Assembly (NCBI GenBank): GCA_963816395.1
Contig: CAWFKQ010000016.1
Location: 64,001-128,000 of the forward strand
Direction: 5' to 3'
Length of the DNA stretch: 64,000 bases
Source: an uncultured delta proteobacterium
GTDB taxonomy: Bacteria > Desulfobacterota > Desulfuromonadia > Desulfuromonadales > JACZKF01
Program-made: the position numbers and the translations under genes
Notes under the pieces: model-generated
Told to the model about the DNA's origin: nothing
Seen by the model: only the letters and a program-made list of their open reading frames with translations
Database searches by the model: none
In this document: one piece after another, positions 30,567 to 39,571 of the stretch
Position numbering within the stretch: the first letter of the stretch is position 1
Layout of the letters: each line of letters opens with the position of its first letter

Positions 30567-31811
30567 TTATTTCCTCTCTTCGAGAAGCTCGATGAAGGCT
30601 TCAATATTTGTTTTGGTCTGCTCATCAGAAATGCAGCGCATGTCGGTGACGTCGCCAGAGATCACCAGGGCAGGAATGCCGGTTTTACTTTCCAATCGCT
30701 GGGGCATCCCGTAGTGATTGTTTGCATTGTGAGGGCAGGTCTTGGAATCGTGGAACACGATTCCGTCGATGCGGAATTTGGCAAGCATCTCCTGGAGGTG
30801 CTGCTCTTTATAGGTTTCGGAGCGGACAATGAAGAGATCAAGGTAGGCCTTGGCCATGCTCCGGATCGGATCCTCTGAATTGAGGGCGGGGAAAATCCAG
30901 CTACTGCCGTAGGAGGAGGCCACCACGTTCGCCTTGAGGCCGGCAAACAGCTCGGAGTGTATTCGAAGCCGGCCCCACACTGGCAAGCCTTCCCAGAAGA
31001 TGCGCAGTGATTCTTCTTCCACCGCTGCAACCCCGGTGGCGACTCGCTCCTTTAATTCGGCAAGCAGAACGCGGTAGTAGGCCACCGCCTCTGGGGTTCC
31101 CCGGAGGACTACGGCTGGCCCCATGTGGATAGCGCTGTCAAAGAAGGTCAGGGGGGCCGGCGATGCGGTCGACATCTCTAACACTTCTTTCCAGATATCA
31201 GTACATTGTCTGGAAAGGAAAACAACTTCCTGAAGCCTGGCTCTATCCAGCTTTTGTCCGGAAATTGTCTCCAGCGTCGGGACCAGGGCCGCTATCTGCT
31301 TAGTGACATCATCAATGTGGGTGGTGGTCACCTCGTCAATGCACTTTGGGGAGGAAATGCCAATGCAAGGGACACCGAGTCGTCTGGAGTACCAGCCGAG
31401 CCAGTCCTGCACGTCACGGCACTGATTCGTGTTGTAGACTAGGACGTCAGGTTTGGGTACGGCTTCGATCCCGGGGTAGGCCTTGGAAAGCGGGGTGATC
31501 CCTTTAAGGTAGGCACCGATGTCGGAGGTCAGATAGGAGCAGATATCCGGAGAGTAGCCGATGGCAGTGGCTTCCGGTATAACATCGTTGGAGGTCCTCG
31601 TGGCGCCGAGCATGGCACCGTGGTTTTCCGGGAAGTAGACCAGGAAACCCATCGCTCTCAGCAATTCCGCTGGCCCAACGCTGGTGCACCAAGCGACTTT
31701 CTGGCTGCCGGTGGTGGCCGCTTGGTTCAGAGCATAGAAGTAATCTGCCATGATCTTGTTCATCTGGTCCGTGGCTTGGATTTTCTTTCTTATTATCTTT
31801 TTCTCTTCCAC
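30567..31811 (-). CDS. 2-hydroxyacyl-CoA dehydratase / class I benzoyl-CoA reductase alpha-type subunit (HgdA/FldB/BzdO-like)
   Basis: FPENHGA, three Fe-S Cys in DICSY, NQCRD and KTCPH; PKPD, IFWEG, GD..D.R, TNIEAFIE. Confidence 0.88.
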   Translation of the reverse strand: MEEKKIIRKKIQATDQMNKIMADYFYALNQAATTGSQKVAWCTSVGPAELLRAMGFLVYFPENHGAMLGATRTSNDVIPEATAIGYSPDICSYLTSDIGAYLKGITPLSKAYPGIEAVPKPDVLVYNTNQCRDVQDWLGWYSRRLGVPCIGISSPKCIDEVTTTHIDDVTKQIAALVPTLETISGQKLDRARLQEVVFLSRQCTDIWKEVLEMSTASPAPLTFFDSAIHMGPAVVLRGTPEAVAYYRVLLAELKERVATGVAAVEEESLRIFWEGLPVWGRLRIHSELFAGLKANVVASSYGSSWIFPALNSEDPIRSMAKAYLDLFIVRSETYKEQHLQEMLAKFRIDGIVFHDSKTCPHNANNHYGMPQRLESKTGIPALVISGDVTDMRCISDEQTKTNIEAFIELLEERK

Positions 31812-31894
31812 AATTCCTCCTCTTTAGCGAGCCCTATCCAAGGTGCTCATGGTCTCAAACTAAAATCCATCCCAATGCCTGGGAAAGGGCCTCT

Positions 31895-32737
31895 CTATGA
31901 ATCTGGACAATTGCCGCACCGTGTTTGCAATTCTTCAGAGACGGAATTCCCCTCTTCCTTTAGGGCATAGAGTGCAGCGCCGACGGCGCCCGCCAACTGC
32001 GGAAACTCAGGAAGGAGGACCGAGCGCCCGATCATCTCCTGTGCCATATTGACCAGATACGCGTTATGCGCAACTACCCCTCCGGTCATGACTACGCGCT
32101 CGGACAGGGCATCCATCTCAAGAACGCGCCGGATCACTGAGTAGAAAATCCCTTTGACGATGTCGCTCACTTGCTTGCCATGACGAATGCTCTCCAGGAC
32201 CTCCGTGGCGGAGAAGACCGTGCAGTAACTACCGAGTTTGACCATTTCCTGGGACTGACGGGCAAGATCGTTGAGTTCGTCCAGCGGAAGGTCAAGCCGG
32301 CCCGCCATTTCCTCTAGGAACGCACCGGTTCCTGCCGCACACTTGCGGTTCATTTTGAAACTAGTGCGGCGGCCATTCCTATCAAGGTTAATGATTTTAT
32401 TGTCCTGACCACCAACGTCTAGGATGGTAATGGCCTCGGGAAAATAGTGATAACAGCCCTTGGCAAGACAGCCGATTTCGGTCTTGCTCTTTTTAGTGAT
32501 GAAAGGAACATTGGCGCGACCATAACCGGTAGAGACGGCCCCCACGATGTCACTGCGGGTTGCCCCGGCCATCGCGAGCGAGGTTTCCAGACAGACAGCT
32601 GCGGTTGTGGAAAAGTCGACTCCTGATTTCTTAATGGCATGACCGAGCAATCGTCCTCGGGAATCGACAACAGCGACCTTGGTCCTTGATGCCCCCATAT
32701 CCAAACCAACAAACACCGATATAGACAAAACAACCAC
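31895..32737 (-). CDS. ATP-dependent acyl-CoA dehydratase activase (HgdC/FldI/BzdQ-like ASKHA ATPase)
   Basis: GLDMGA..TK, STGYGR, LDVGGQDNK, MNRKCAAGTGAFLE, CTVFS..EV, MTGGVV. Confidence 0.92.
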   Translation of the reverse strand: MVVLSISVFVGLDMGASRTKVAVVDSRGRLLGHAIKKSGVDFSTTAAVCLETSLAMAGATRSDIVGAVSTGYGRANVPFITKKSKTEIGCLAKGCYHYFPEAITILDVGGQDNKIINLDRNGRRTSFKMNRKCAAGTGAFLEEMAGRLDLPLDELNDLARQSQEMVKLGSYCTVFSATEVLESIRHGKQVSDIVKGIFYSVIRRVLEMDALSERVVMTGGVVAHNAYLVNMAQEMIGRSVLLPEFPQLAGAVGAALYALKEEGNSVSEELQTRCGNCPDS

Positions 32738-32852
32738 CTTTTAGTGAAGTAAAATTATACAATTATGACGTTTTAATGCGTAATTGTGAGGTTTTGAAAT
32801 AACTTAAAATAAAGGAAATTGATAACCCTGTTCTATTCTTAAGGACTGGTTA

Positions 32853-32868
32853 TGCTTTTTCTGTGCCA
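32853..32868 (-). promoter_or_regulatory. Sigma54 (-24/-12) promoter of the activase operon
   Basis: Minus strand TGGCACAGAAAAAGCA (GG-N10-GC). Confidence 0.75.
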
Positions 32869-32921
32869 AGGGGGAAAGCCTTTATTTCGCTGGGAGTTGT
32901 TGGACGTCGGAATGGAAATCT

Positions 32922-32986
32922 ACCAAATGTCGTAATATTAAATTGAAATATTTGATAACTTGGTATATTTTTTCTAAATAAAGTAA
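32922..32986. promoter_or_regulatory. Putative upstream activator sites, copy 1
   Basis: ACCAAATGTCGTAA ... ATTGAAATATTTGAT ... TCTAAATAAAGTAA; aligns with 38709-38772. Confidence 0.65.
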
Positions 32987-33014
32987 CTCGCAGGCAGAGA
33001 AAGGAGGAAATCCA

Positions 33015-34547
33015 ATGATCATCGATAAGGATGAATTTTTCCGTGAGGTTACACTTAGAATCAGCAGCAGTTTACAGATTGGAACCGCTCTCAGAAATGC
33101 GTTTGTTTATCTGCGGGACCATTTTCCCCTGGACGATATTTATCTCGACATGCTTGATCAGAACCTTGGAGCGATACGACGAATTGCGCATATCGCTGCT
33201 GTGGAGCAAGAAGCTCAAGAAGAAATAGTTCCACTCCCAGAAGGTCTTTGGGAGTGGTTGAAAAAAAAACGGTCACCCTTCATTGTCCTTCAAAAGGATA
33301 CTAAAAACTACATCCGTTCAATAGAACCTTTGATTAAGTTGAAAGGTAACTCGGATATATTACTTCCACTTCTGATAGATGGTGATCTGATAGGATTTTT
33401 GGTACTTAGATCTCGAGGCGAGAATAGATATACACCAGGCCATGTCGAATTATTAGCGACAGTTTCAGAGCCATTTTCCATCGCACTAGCTAATGCCCTA
33501 GCACATCAGACGGTTGTGAAGTATCGGGATACCCTCCTAGACGACAACCTTTTTCTAAAAAAGGAACTCTTTTCCCAGGTTGGAGACGAGATCATTGGTG
33601 GGAATTCTGGACTCAGGCACGTGATGGTGATGGTACGTCAGATCGCACCCCTTAACAATACGGTCCTGCTCATGGGTGAAACCGGTACGGGAAAGGAGGT
33701 GATCGCTAATGCGATTCATTTTGCCTCGGCGCGGAAAGATGGCCCTTTTATAAAGGTTAACTGTGGTGCCATTCCGATCGATTTGATTGATTCAGAACTC
33801 TTCGGTCACGAAAAAGGTGCGTTCACCGGTGCCGTTGCGGAAAAGCGTGGCCGATTCGAAAGGGCGGACGGTGGGACAATCTTCCTGGATGAAATCGGTG
33901 AACTTACTCCCCAAGCCCAGGTTCGACTTCTGCGTGTTCTCCAGAATCATGAGATCGAGCGGGTGGGGGGTAACAGGCCCAAACGTGTGGATATCAGGGT
34001 AATTGCTGCAACGCATCGCAACTTGGAAGGAATGGTCTTGGAGAACCAATTCCGCGAGGACCTTTGGTTTCGGCTGAACGTTTTTCCAATTATATTGCCA
34101 CCTTTGCGACAAAGGACTGAGGATATTCCAAAGCTGGTAACGCACTTTATCGTCCAGAAAAGTCGGGAGTTGGGGATTGCCCCCCAATCCGTCGTCGCAC
34201 CTGGAGCATTAGAACGGCTCATGCGCTACAGTTGGCCGGGCAATGTCCGTGAGATGGAAAATCTTGTGGAAAGGGAGATCATTCGGCACAGGGGGGAAAA
34301 GCTTATGTTCGATACGTTACTCACCGAGGAAGGGAGCAAGGACTTGTCTCGGGAGGAAGAGAACGGCCTTGAACTCCCCTTACGGCTCGATGAAGCCATG
34401 GCCTATCACATCAGCAGAGTACTGAAAATAACCAAGGGAAGGATTAACGGTCCCGGAGGCGCAGCGGAAATTCTCGGGATAAATCCTAACACTCTTCGGG
34501 GCCGCATGAAAAAGCTTAGTATAAGCTATGGCCGTGGCAAAGGATAA
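33015..34547 (+). CDS. Sigma54-dependent activator (GAF + AAA+ + HTH, FhlA/NifA-like architecture)
   Basis: [51 protein letters not shown]. Confidence 0.93.
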   Translation: MIIDKDEFFREVTLRISSSLQIGTALRNAFVYLRDHFPLDDIYLDMLDQNLGAIRRIAHIAAVEQEAQEEIVPLPEGLWEWLKKKRSPFIVLQKDTKNYIRSIEPLIKLKGNSDILLPLLIDGDLIGFLVLRSRGENRYTPGHVELLATVSEPFSIALANALAHQTVVKYRDTLLDDNLFLKKELFSQVGDEIIGGNSGLRHVMVMVRQIAPLNNTVLLMGETGTGKEVIANAIHFASARKDGPFIKVNCGAIPIDLIDSELFGHEKGAFTGAVAEKRGRFERADGGTIFLDEIGELTPQAQVRLLRVLQNHEIERVGGNRPKRVDIRVIAATHRNLEGMVLENQFREDLWFRLNVFPIILPPLRQRTEDIPKLVTHFIVQKSRELGIAPQSVVAPGALERLMRYSWPGNVREMENLVEREIIRHRGEKLMFDTLLTEEGSKDLSREEENGLELPLRLDEAMAYHISRVLKITKGRINGPGGAAEILGINPNTLRGRMKKLSISYGRGKG

Positions 34548-34614
34548 ATACAGACGAGCTGGCAGTATGCTGCATGAGGATCTTCGTTTTCCGCTCGATT
34601 TAGCCCCTGCCTTT

Positions 34615-34662
34615 GCCTCTAGCCTCTAGCCTCTAGCCTCTAGCCTCTAGCCTCTAGCCTAG
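34615..34662. repeat. Tandem heptamer (GCCTCTA)x6 plus partial unit
   Basis: Six perfect GCCTCTA units at 34615-34656 then GCCTAG; same unit as 536-604. Confidence 0.95.
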
Positions 34663-34754
34663 TGTCCATCCGGAAAGTCCGGGATCATCTTCGGGCACGG
34701 GCTACGGTTTCAGCATAACTATTACCGCAAACCACGCTCCCAATAGTAGAATTC

Positions 34755-35735
34755 TTAACCAAAAACCAGTTTTTCCAAGGAGTCTTTGACCAGGACACGG
34801 GTCAGTTCTTTCCGATAGCTTGAGGAAACCTCCACATTGGATACGGTTTTGGTTTGTTTTTTTGCAAATTCAGCCAGTTGTTCGATTGCCTCGTGCGTCA
34901 ATTTTTTTGCTGCCGAGAAATCTGCCGGGGGCAAGATCAACAAGGGTGAGGACCCCACGCCGGTAATAGCGATGCGTACCCCCGAATTAGCGTTTATCTC
35001 TTCCTTGATGACAGCCGCAACACCCACGATGGGGAAGTCAAGAGCTCCGCGTTTTCGGTACTTGAGGTATGTGCCCTGTTGCCCGGGAGCGGATCCGGGA
35101 ATGATCACCTCCGCGAGCAGTTCCCCGGGATGCAAATCAATGTGGTGCATGCCATCATCAATGAAAAACTTTTCTATGGGTATTATGCGCTCTCCACGGG
35201 AGCTCACCAGCCGAACCTGTGCACCCAGGGCGAGGAGTGCCGCCGCCGTATCACCGCAGTAGAGCGCGTAGCAACGTTTGCTCCTCTTCGCCATGTAGCA
35301 GACTGAGCCGCCGTTTTTAAAGCAGTTCGAACGGGCTTGCCTCCATGAATTCCCCTGCTGGAAGTACCAGCAGCGAGGTTCTAGGCAGATGTTGCCACCG
35401 ATGGTCCCCATGTTCTGAAGTTGGGCCGCCCCGACTGCGAGAGCGGCTTCAACGAGGATAGGATAGCGGTCTTGTACAAGATCCGAGCGCCGCACCTGAG
35501 TAAGGGTTGCCAGGGCTCCCACATGCAGGTTTTCTCCAACTAACCTAATATCGGCCAGCCCCTCTATCTTTTTCAGGCTGATAAGGCATTCTGGTTTCGC
35601 TACGCCATACTTCATACGCACTAAGAGGTCGGTGCCTCCGGCGATTATCGATGCCTTTTCCTCATTTTCCGCCAGAAGGAGAAAAGCCTCGGAGAGGGTT
35701 GTTGGCTCTAAATATGCAAATTTTTTTAATCTCAT
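34755..35735 (-). CDS. Xanthine dehydrogenase family FAD subunit with extra [4Fe-4S] insert (HcrB-like)
   Basis: AGGTDL, NMGTIGGNIC, Cys-rich insert CLEPRCWY...NCFKNGGSVCY...RCYA, KYRKRGALDFP. Confidence 0.9.
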   Translation of the reverse strand: MRLKKFAYLEPTTLSEAFLLLAENEEKASIIAGGTDLLVRMKYGVAKPECLISLKKIEGLADIRLVGENLHVGALATLTQVRRSDLVQDRYPILVEAALAVGAAQLQNMGTIGGNICLEPRCWYFQQGNSWRQARSNCFKNGGSVCYMAKRSKRCYALYCGDTAAALLALGAQVRLVSSRGERIIPIEKFFIDDGMHHIDLHPGELLAEVIIPGSAPGQQGTYLKYRKRGALDFPIVGVAAVIKEEINANSGVRIAITGVGSSPLLILPPADFSAAKKLTHEAIEQLAEFAKKQTKTVSNVEVSSSYRKELTRVLVKDSLEKLVFG

Positions 35736-38062
35736 GGGTTTCCCTCCGCAACATTCTTACACGACGCCTTATCTCTCAAGGCCTTAAGCACTTTCTCCGG
35801 GGTTGCGGGAAGGTCCGTAATCCAGACCCCGATGGCATTGTGGATGGCGTTGACGATTGCCGGGATGGTGGAGACTTGGGTTCCCTCTCCTGACTCCTTG
35901 GCACCAAATGCCCCCACTGGATCAATACTTTCGATTGACAATGAGACCATCTCTTCCGGGACGTCATAGACCGTGGGGAGACCATAGGCAGTAAGGCTCG
36001 GAGTAAGGTTCTGCCCCTTATCCTCTATACAGTGCTCATAGATAGTGTGCCCGACTCCTCCTGCGATAGACCCTTCGTGCTGTCCCTCAACCGCGAGGGG
36101 ATTCAGAGCGAATCCCAAGTCATGGGCCACCACCATCCGTTGGACAGTCACCTTCCCCGTTTCAGTGTCCACCTCAACCCAAGCAGCCTGAGTGCCGAAG
36201 CTGTAGGCGCCGCCCGCGTCCCCCTCCCCGGTCTCGAAATTCAGGGGGGGGATGCTCTGCCCCCAGCTTCCTTGTCCAATGACCGTAGTACCCGAACCCC
36301 AGGATACGGTCTGGCGGGCAAGATCTCGGAAACGGAGCGCCCTTTCAGGCTCTCCCCTGACAAACACCTTGCGGTCACGGAACTCGATGACATCCGGGTT
36401 TGCCCCAAGCAGTTCCGCAGCCACCTTAAGCAGTTGCCGCCTTGCATCCTTGGCTGCAATCAATACGGCGTTGCCTGCGGTTGAGCTTACCCTGCTGCCG
36501 AAACTCCCCGGATCGACCGGAGTAACAGTGCTGTCTGTCTGGGGGACAAAGACATCCTCCAGTCGAATCCCCATGACTTCGGCCACGATCATGGCAAGTA
36601 CTGTTTCGGACCCCTGGCCGGAATCGGTCGATCCCGTCAGCAGCGACACTGTCCCATCCTCATGTACTTTGATGACTGCTGTGCAACAGTTGTGACCAGT
36701 TAGGCGGGCACCGGACTCGAACGAATTGCAGGCGATACCTACTCCTTTGGCAATTCGGCCGAGCGGAATGTTTTTCTTCTCCCGCCAGGGCCTATACTCA
36801 GTCTGCCAGTCCGCGGCCCTGACCGCCTTGGTGATGGTCTCCTGAAGACCGCAGCTTTTGACATGCATCCCGCTAGGGGTTCTGTATCCAGTATATGCCG
36901 CGTTCATCTCACGAATTTTCACTGGATCCAGACCGAGATCATCGGCAATCATTTCGAGTTGGACATCTGCGGCGAAGCGGATCTGCTGGATTCCGTTCCC
37001 CCGCTGGGCCACCGAAATGGGCCGATTTGTATACATACGGAAAGCCTCATATCTTACGTTGGGCACAATGTAAGGGAGGTTCAAAAAATAGAATGCGTTG
37101 GCAATTGTGCTTGGTCCCACACCTGTTCCGGCCCCGCCATCTGCGATGATGCGGCAATCATGCGCGAGCAGCGTACCGTCTTTTTTAACTCCAGTTTTTA
37201 ACCAGACAATCATCGGGTGCCGCCGGCGATGGGCGGAGAGCACCTCTTCCATGGTAAGCACGACCTTCACCGGACGGCCTGATTTCTTGGAAAGCATAAC
37301 GGCACAAAAATCGACCGGATACCCCCCGTTCTTTCCTCCGAATCCTCCTCCAATATAAGGCTGGATGAGGCGGATATTGCTCAGCGGCACTTTGAAGCAG
37401 TTAGACAAATTTCGGTAAAGGAAATAGGGGCTTTGTTTGGAGGCCCAGATAGTGATTCGGTTAGGAGCCTCCCAGATTGCCAGGGCTGCATTTGGTTCCA
37501 GAAAACCGTGCAGCACGGATTGGCTATAGAAACGGTCTTCGCGGATATAATCCGCCTGCCGGAAGGCCTCTTCAACATCACCGAAGCTGGTTTTCATATG
37601 AACACTGATATTGCCGGGCTTGTCCTCGTGGATCAGGGGGGCTCCATCCCTCAAGGCTGCCTCCGGATCCACTACTGCCGGCAAGACCTCGTAATCCACT
37701 TTTATCAGCTCCAGTGCCTCCAGCGCCGTATCCTCGTCCACGGCCGCCACGGCAGCCACCTCTTCACCGAGGTAACGGACCTTGCCCCGGGCAAGCGGAT
37801 ATTCGTCCCTGGTATCAGGACGCAATCCGTACCGATATTCACCAAAGTCCTCTCCCACGATAACCGCATGAACACCGAGGAGCTTCTCCGCTTGAGAGGT
37901 ATCGATTCGCAAAATCTTTGCGTGTGCATAGGGACTGCGTAAAATCTTTCCATGTAACATTCCCGGGAGCGACAGGTCGTCGGTGAACCGAGCAGTACCC
38001 GCCGCCTTAACAGGTCCATCTACCCTGGGCAAACGCTTACCGAGCACAGCATATTCAGACAT
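35732..38062 (-). CDS. Xanthine dehydrogenase family Mo subunit (4-hydroxybenzoyl-CoA reductase alpha-like)
   Basis: GKRLPRVDG, LRSPYAHAKI, IGGGFGGK, AQRGNG, DSGQGSET, GSFGSR, AVEGQHEG, GAKESGEG. Confidence 0.9.
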   Translation of the reverse strand: MSEYAVLGKRLPRVDGPVKAAGTARFTDDLSLPGMLHGKILRSPYAHAKILRIDTSQAEKLLGVHAVIVGEDFGEYRYGLRPDTRDEYPLARGKVRYLGEEVAAVAAVDEDTALEALELIKVDYEVLPAVVDPEAALRDGAPLIHEDKPGNISVHMKTSFGDVEEAFRQADYIREDRFYSQSVLHGFLEPNAALAIWEAPNRITIWASKQSPYFLYRNLSNCFKVPLSNIRLIQPYIGGGFGGKNGGYPVDFCAVMLSKKSGRPVKVVLTMEEVLSAHRRRHPMIVWLKTGVKKDGTLLAHDCRIIADGGAGTGVGPSTIANAFYFLNLPYIVPNVRYEAFRMYTNRPISVAQRGNGIQQIRFAADVQLEMIADDLGLDPVKIREMNAAYTGYRTPSGMHVKSCGLQETITKAVRAADWQTEYRPWREKKNIPLGRIAKGVGIACNSFESGARLTGHNCCTAVIKVHEDGTVSLLTGSTDSGQGSETVLAMIVAEVMGIRLEDVFVPQTDSTVTPVDPGSFGSRVSSTAGNAVLIAAKDARRQLLKVAAELLGANPDVIEFRDRKVFVRGEPERALRFRDLARQTVSWGSGTTVIGQGSWGQSIPPLNFETGEGDAGGAYSFGTQAAWVEVDTETGKVTVQRMVVAHDLGFALNPLAVEGQHEGSIAGGVGHTIYEHCIEDKGQNLTPSLTAYGLPTVYDVPEEMVSLSIESIDPVGAFGAKESGEGTQVSTIPAIVNAIHNAIGVWITDLPATPEKVLKALRDKASCKNVAEGNP

Positions 38063-38097
38063 AACATCTCTCCAATAGAACAGAAATTCTTTTTTTC

Positions 38098-38565
38098 TCA
38101 GATTAACTTTGCTGCAGCGCCTTCGATCGCCTCCACTACCTTTGCGTATCCGGTACACCGACAAAGATTCCCCGAAATTGCCCGGCGAATTTCGTCTCGA
38201 TTTGGTTGTGGATTTTCATCAAGCAGAGCTTTAGCCGATAAAATCATACCGGGGGTACAGAACCCACACTGAACAGCGCCGCAATCGACGAAACTCTTCT
38301 GGATGAAGTCGGGACGATCACCATCGCCCAAAGCTTCGATAGTCAGAATCTCCTTTCCCTCCACCCCTACCGCTAGGGTTAAGCATGATAAGATCGCCTT
38401 CCCATCGATGATGACTGTACAGGCGCCACAGTCGCCGACACGACAGGCTCTCTTGGTGCCCGTAAAACCTAATTGCTCTCTGAGAACCTCAAGGAGCGTT
38501 CGCTGCGGCGCCACTGCCACCGCGTACAGCTTTCCATTTACCTTCAAGTGAATTAATTTTTCCAT
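38098..38565 (-). CDS. Xanthine dehydrogenase family 2x[2Fe-2S] subunit (HcrC-like)
   Basis: GTKRAC..GDCGACTV, QCGFCTPG, GNLCRCTGY. Confidence 0.93.
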   Translation of the reverse strand: MEKLIHLKVNGKLYAVAVAPQRTLLEVLREQLGFTGTKRACRVGDCGACTVIIDGKAILSCLTLAVGVEGKEILTIEALGDGDRPDFIQKSFVDCGAVQCGFCTPGMILSAKALLDENPQPNRDEIRRAISGNLCRCTGYAKVVEAIEGAAAKLI

Positions 38566-38649
38566 AAATGCTCCTCTTCAAGCCCCATCTAAAAGTGCGG
38601 CTGCCTGTTTTGTGTAACCAGCCAAATTGTCAAAATATGGGAGGATCTG

Positions 38650-38665
38650 TGCTTGAAACATGCCA
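38650..38665 (-). promoter_or_regulatory. Sigma54 (-24/-12) promoter of the hcr-like operon
   Basis: Minus strand TGGCATGTTTCAAGCA (GG-N10-GC). Confidence 0.75.
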
Positions 38666-38708
38666 ACAGCGTATTTTCGGGGTCGTGCAGCGGGTACGAA
38701 GGAAAATA

Positions 38709-38772
38709 ACCAAATTTCGTAAATTTATTTTACAAATTTGGTGAAACTATTCGTGGGTACCAAATACAGTAA
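38709..38772. promoter_or_regulatory. Putative upstream activator sites, copy 2
   Basis: Near-perfect inverted repeat ACCAAATTTCGTAAA...TTTACAAATTTGGT plus third half-site ACCAAATACAGTAA. Confidence 0.7.
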
Positions 38773-38968
38773 CCGACAATAGTGTAAATAAGGATAAGTC
38801 TTTCCGAAGGAGACGGGAGGACTTGCAACTGGATCAGTACAGCAGAAAACCCCCGGGTAATCGGTAAGGAGCACCAGCCTTCAAGGACGGGGATGGATGG
38901 CCGATTCCAGAAAGGCCAATCTCCTGCCCCCGCATTCTAAGTAGTTTGTATAGGGTTAAACTGATGAC

Positions 38969-39529
38969 ATGCGCTACTTCGACCTGCTGGCCCCGTTCTA
39001 CGACCATTTCATGCCCGCCCCGGATCCCGACCTGTGGCTGGAGGTGCTGCGCCTTCCCGCCGCCGGGCCGCTGCTCGACCTGGGCGGGGGCACCGGGAGG
39101 ATAGGGGCCGGACTGCGCCGCCTGGTGGCGCCGGTGGTGGTTGTCGATGTGTCCCGGCGGATGCTGGGCAAGGCCCGGTGCAAAGGAGGGTTGGAAACGG
39201 TGCAGGCGGACGCAGCACGCCTGCCGTTCGGCGACGGTCTCTTCCCACGGGCGGTGGTCGCGGACGCCCTGCACCATTTCCCGGACCAGGAGGCGGCCAT
39301 CCGTGAGTTGCTCCGGGTACTGGCTCCCGGCGGGCGGCTGGTCATCGAGGAGTTCGACCGCCGCCGGCTGCCGGCAAAGATCCTGGCCCTGACGGAAAAG
39401 GCCCTGCTCATGGGCAGCCGGTTCCTGCTTCCCGAGGCGATCTGCCGGATGCTCCGGGCCGGCGGTGGGCAGACGGCCATTCGCCGGGGACCGCACGGCA
39501 CCGTCTGGATCGTTGCAGACAAGCCCTGA
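38969..39529 (+). CDS. Class I SAM-dependent methyltransferase (UbiE-like fold)
   Basis: LLDLGGGTG, VDVS..ML, ADAARLPF, ALHHF, RVLAPGG. Confidence 0.87.
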   Translation: MRYFDLLAPFYDHFMPAPDPDLWLEVLRLPAAGPLLDLGGGTGRIGAGLRRLVAPVVVVDVSRRMLGKARCKGGLETVQADAARLPFGDGLFPRAVVADALHHFPDQEAAIRELLRVLAPGGRLVIEEFDRRRLPAKILALTEKALLMGSRFLLPEAICRMLRAGGGQTAIRRGPHGTVWIVADKP

Positions 39530-39571
39530 CCCACGGCCCTCGCAGGGCGGGAGAGTGTCCCCGTATTCTAT

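Larger units (their letters stand above)
16520..38950. other. Lower-GC catabolic genomic island (~22 kb, 20 genes); no mobility gene visible
   Basis: Hand-counted 60-nt lines: 16141 = 43/60 GC and 39061 = 49/60 outside, versus 18061 = 22/60 and 33301 = 19/60 inside; many A/T-ending codons. Edges approximate. Confidence 0.75.

Noticed and set aside
30567..31811. Double-cubane cluster protein or complete class I benzoyl-CoA reductase
   Set aside because: Only the three-Cys alpha-type pattern is evident and other BCR subunits and downstream dch/had/oah genes are absent.
34615..34662. Repeat arrays as CRISPR
   Set aside because: Units are 7-9 nt with no unique spacers, and no cas genes are present.
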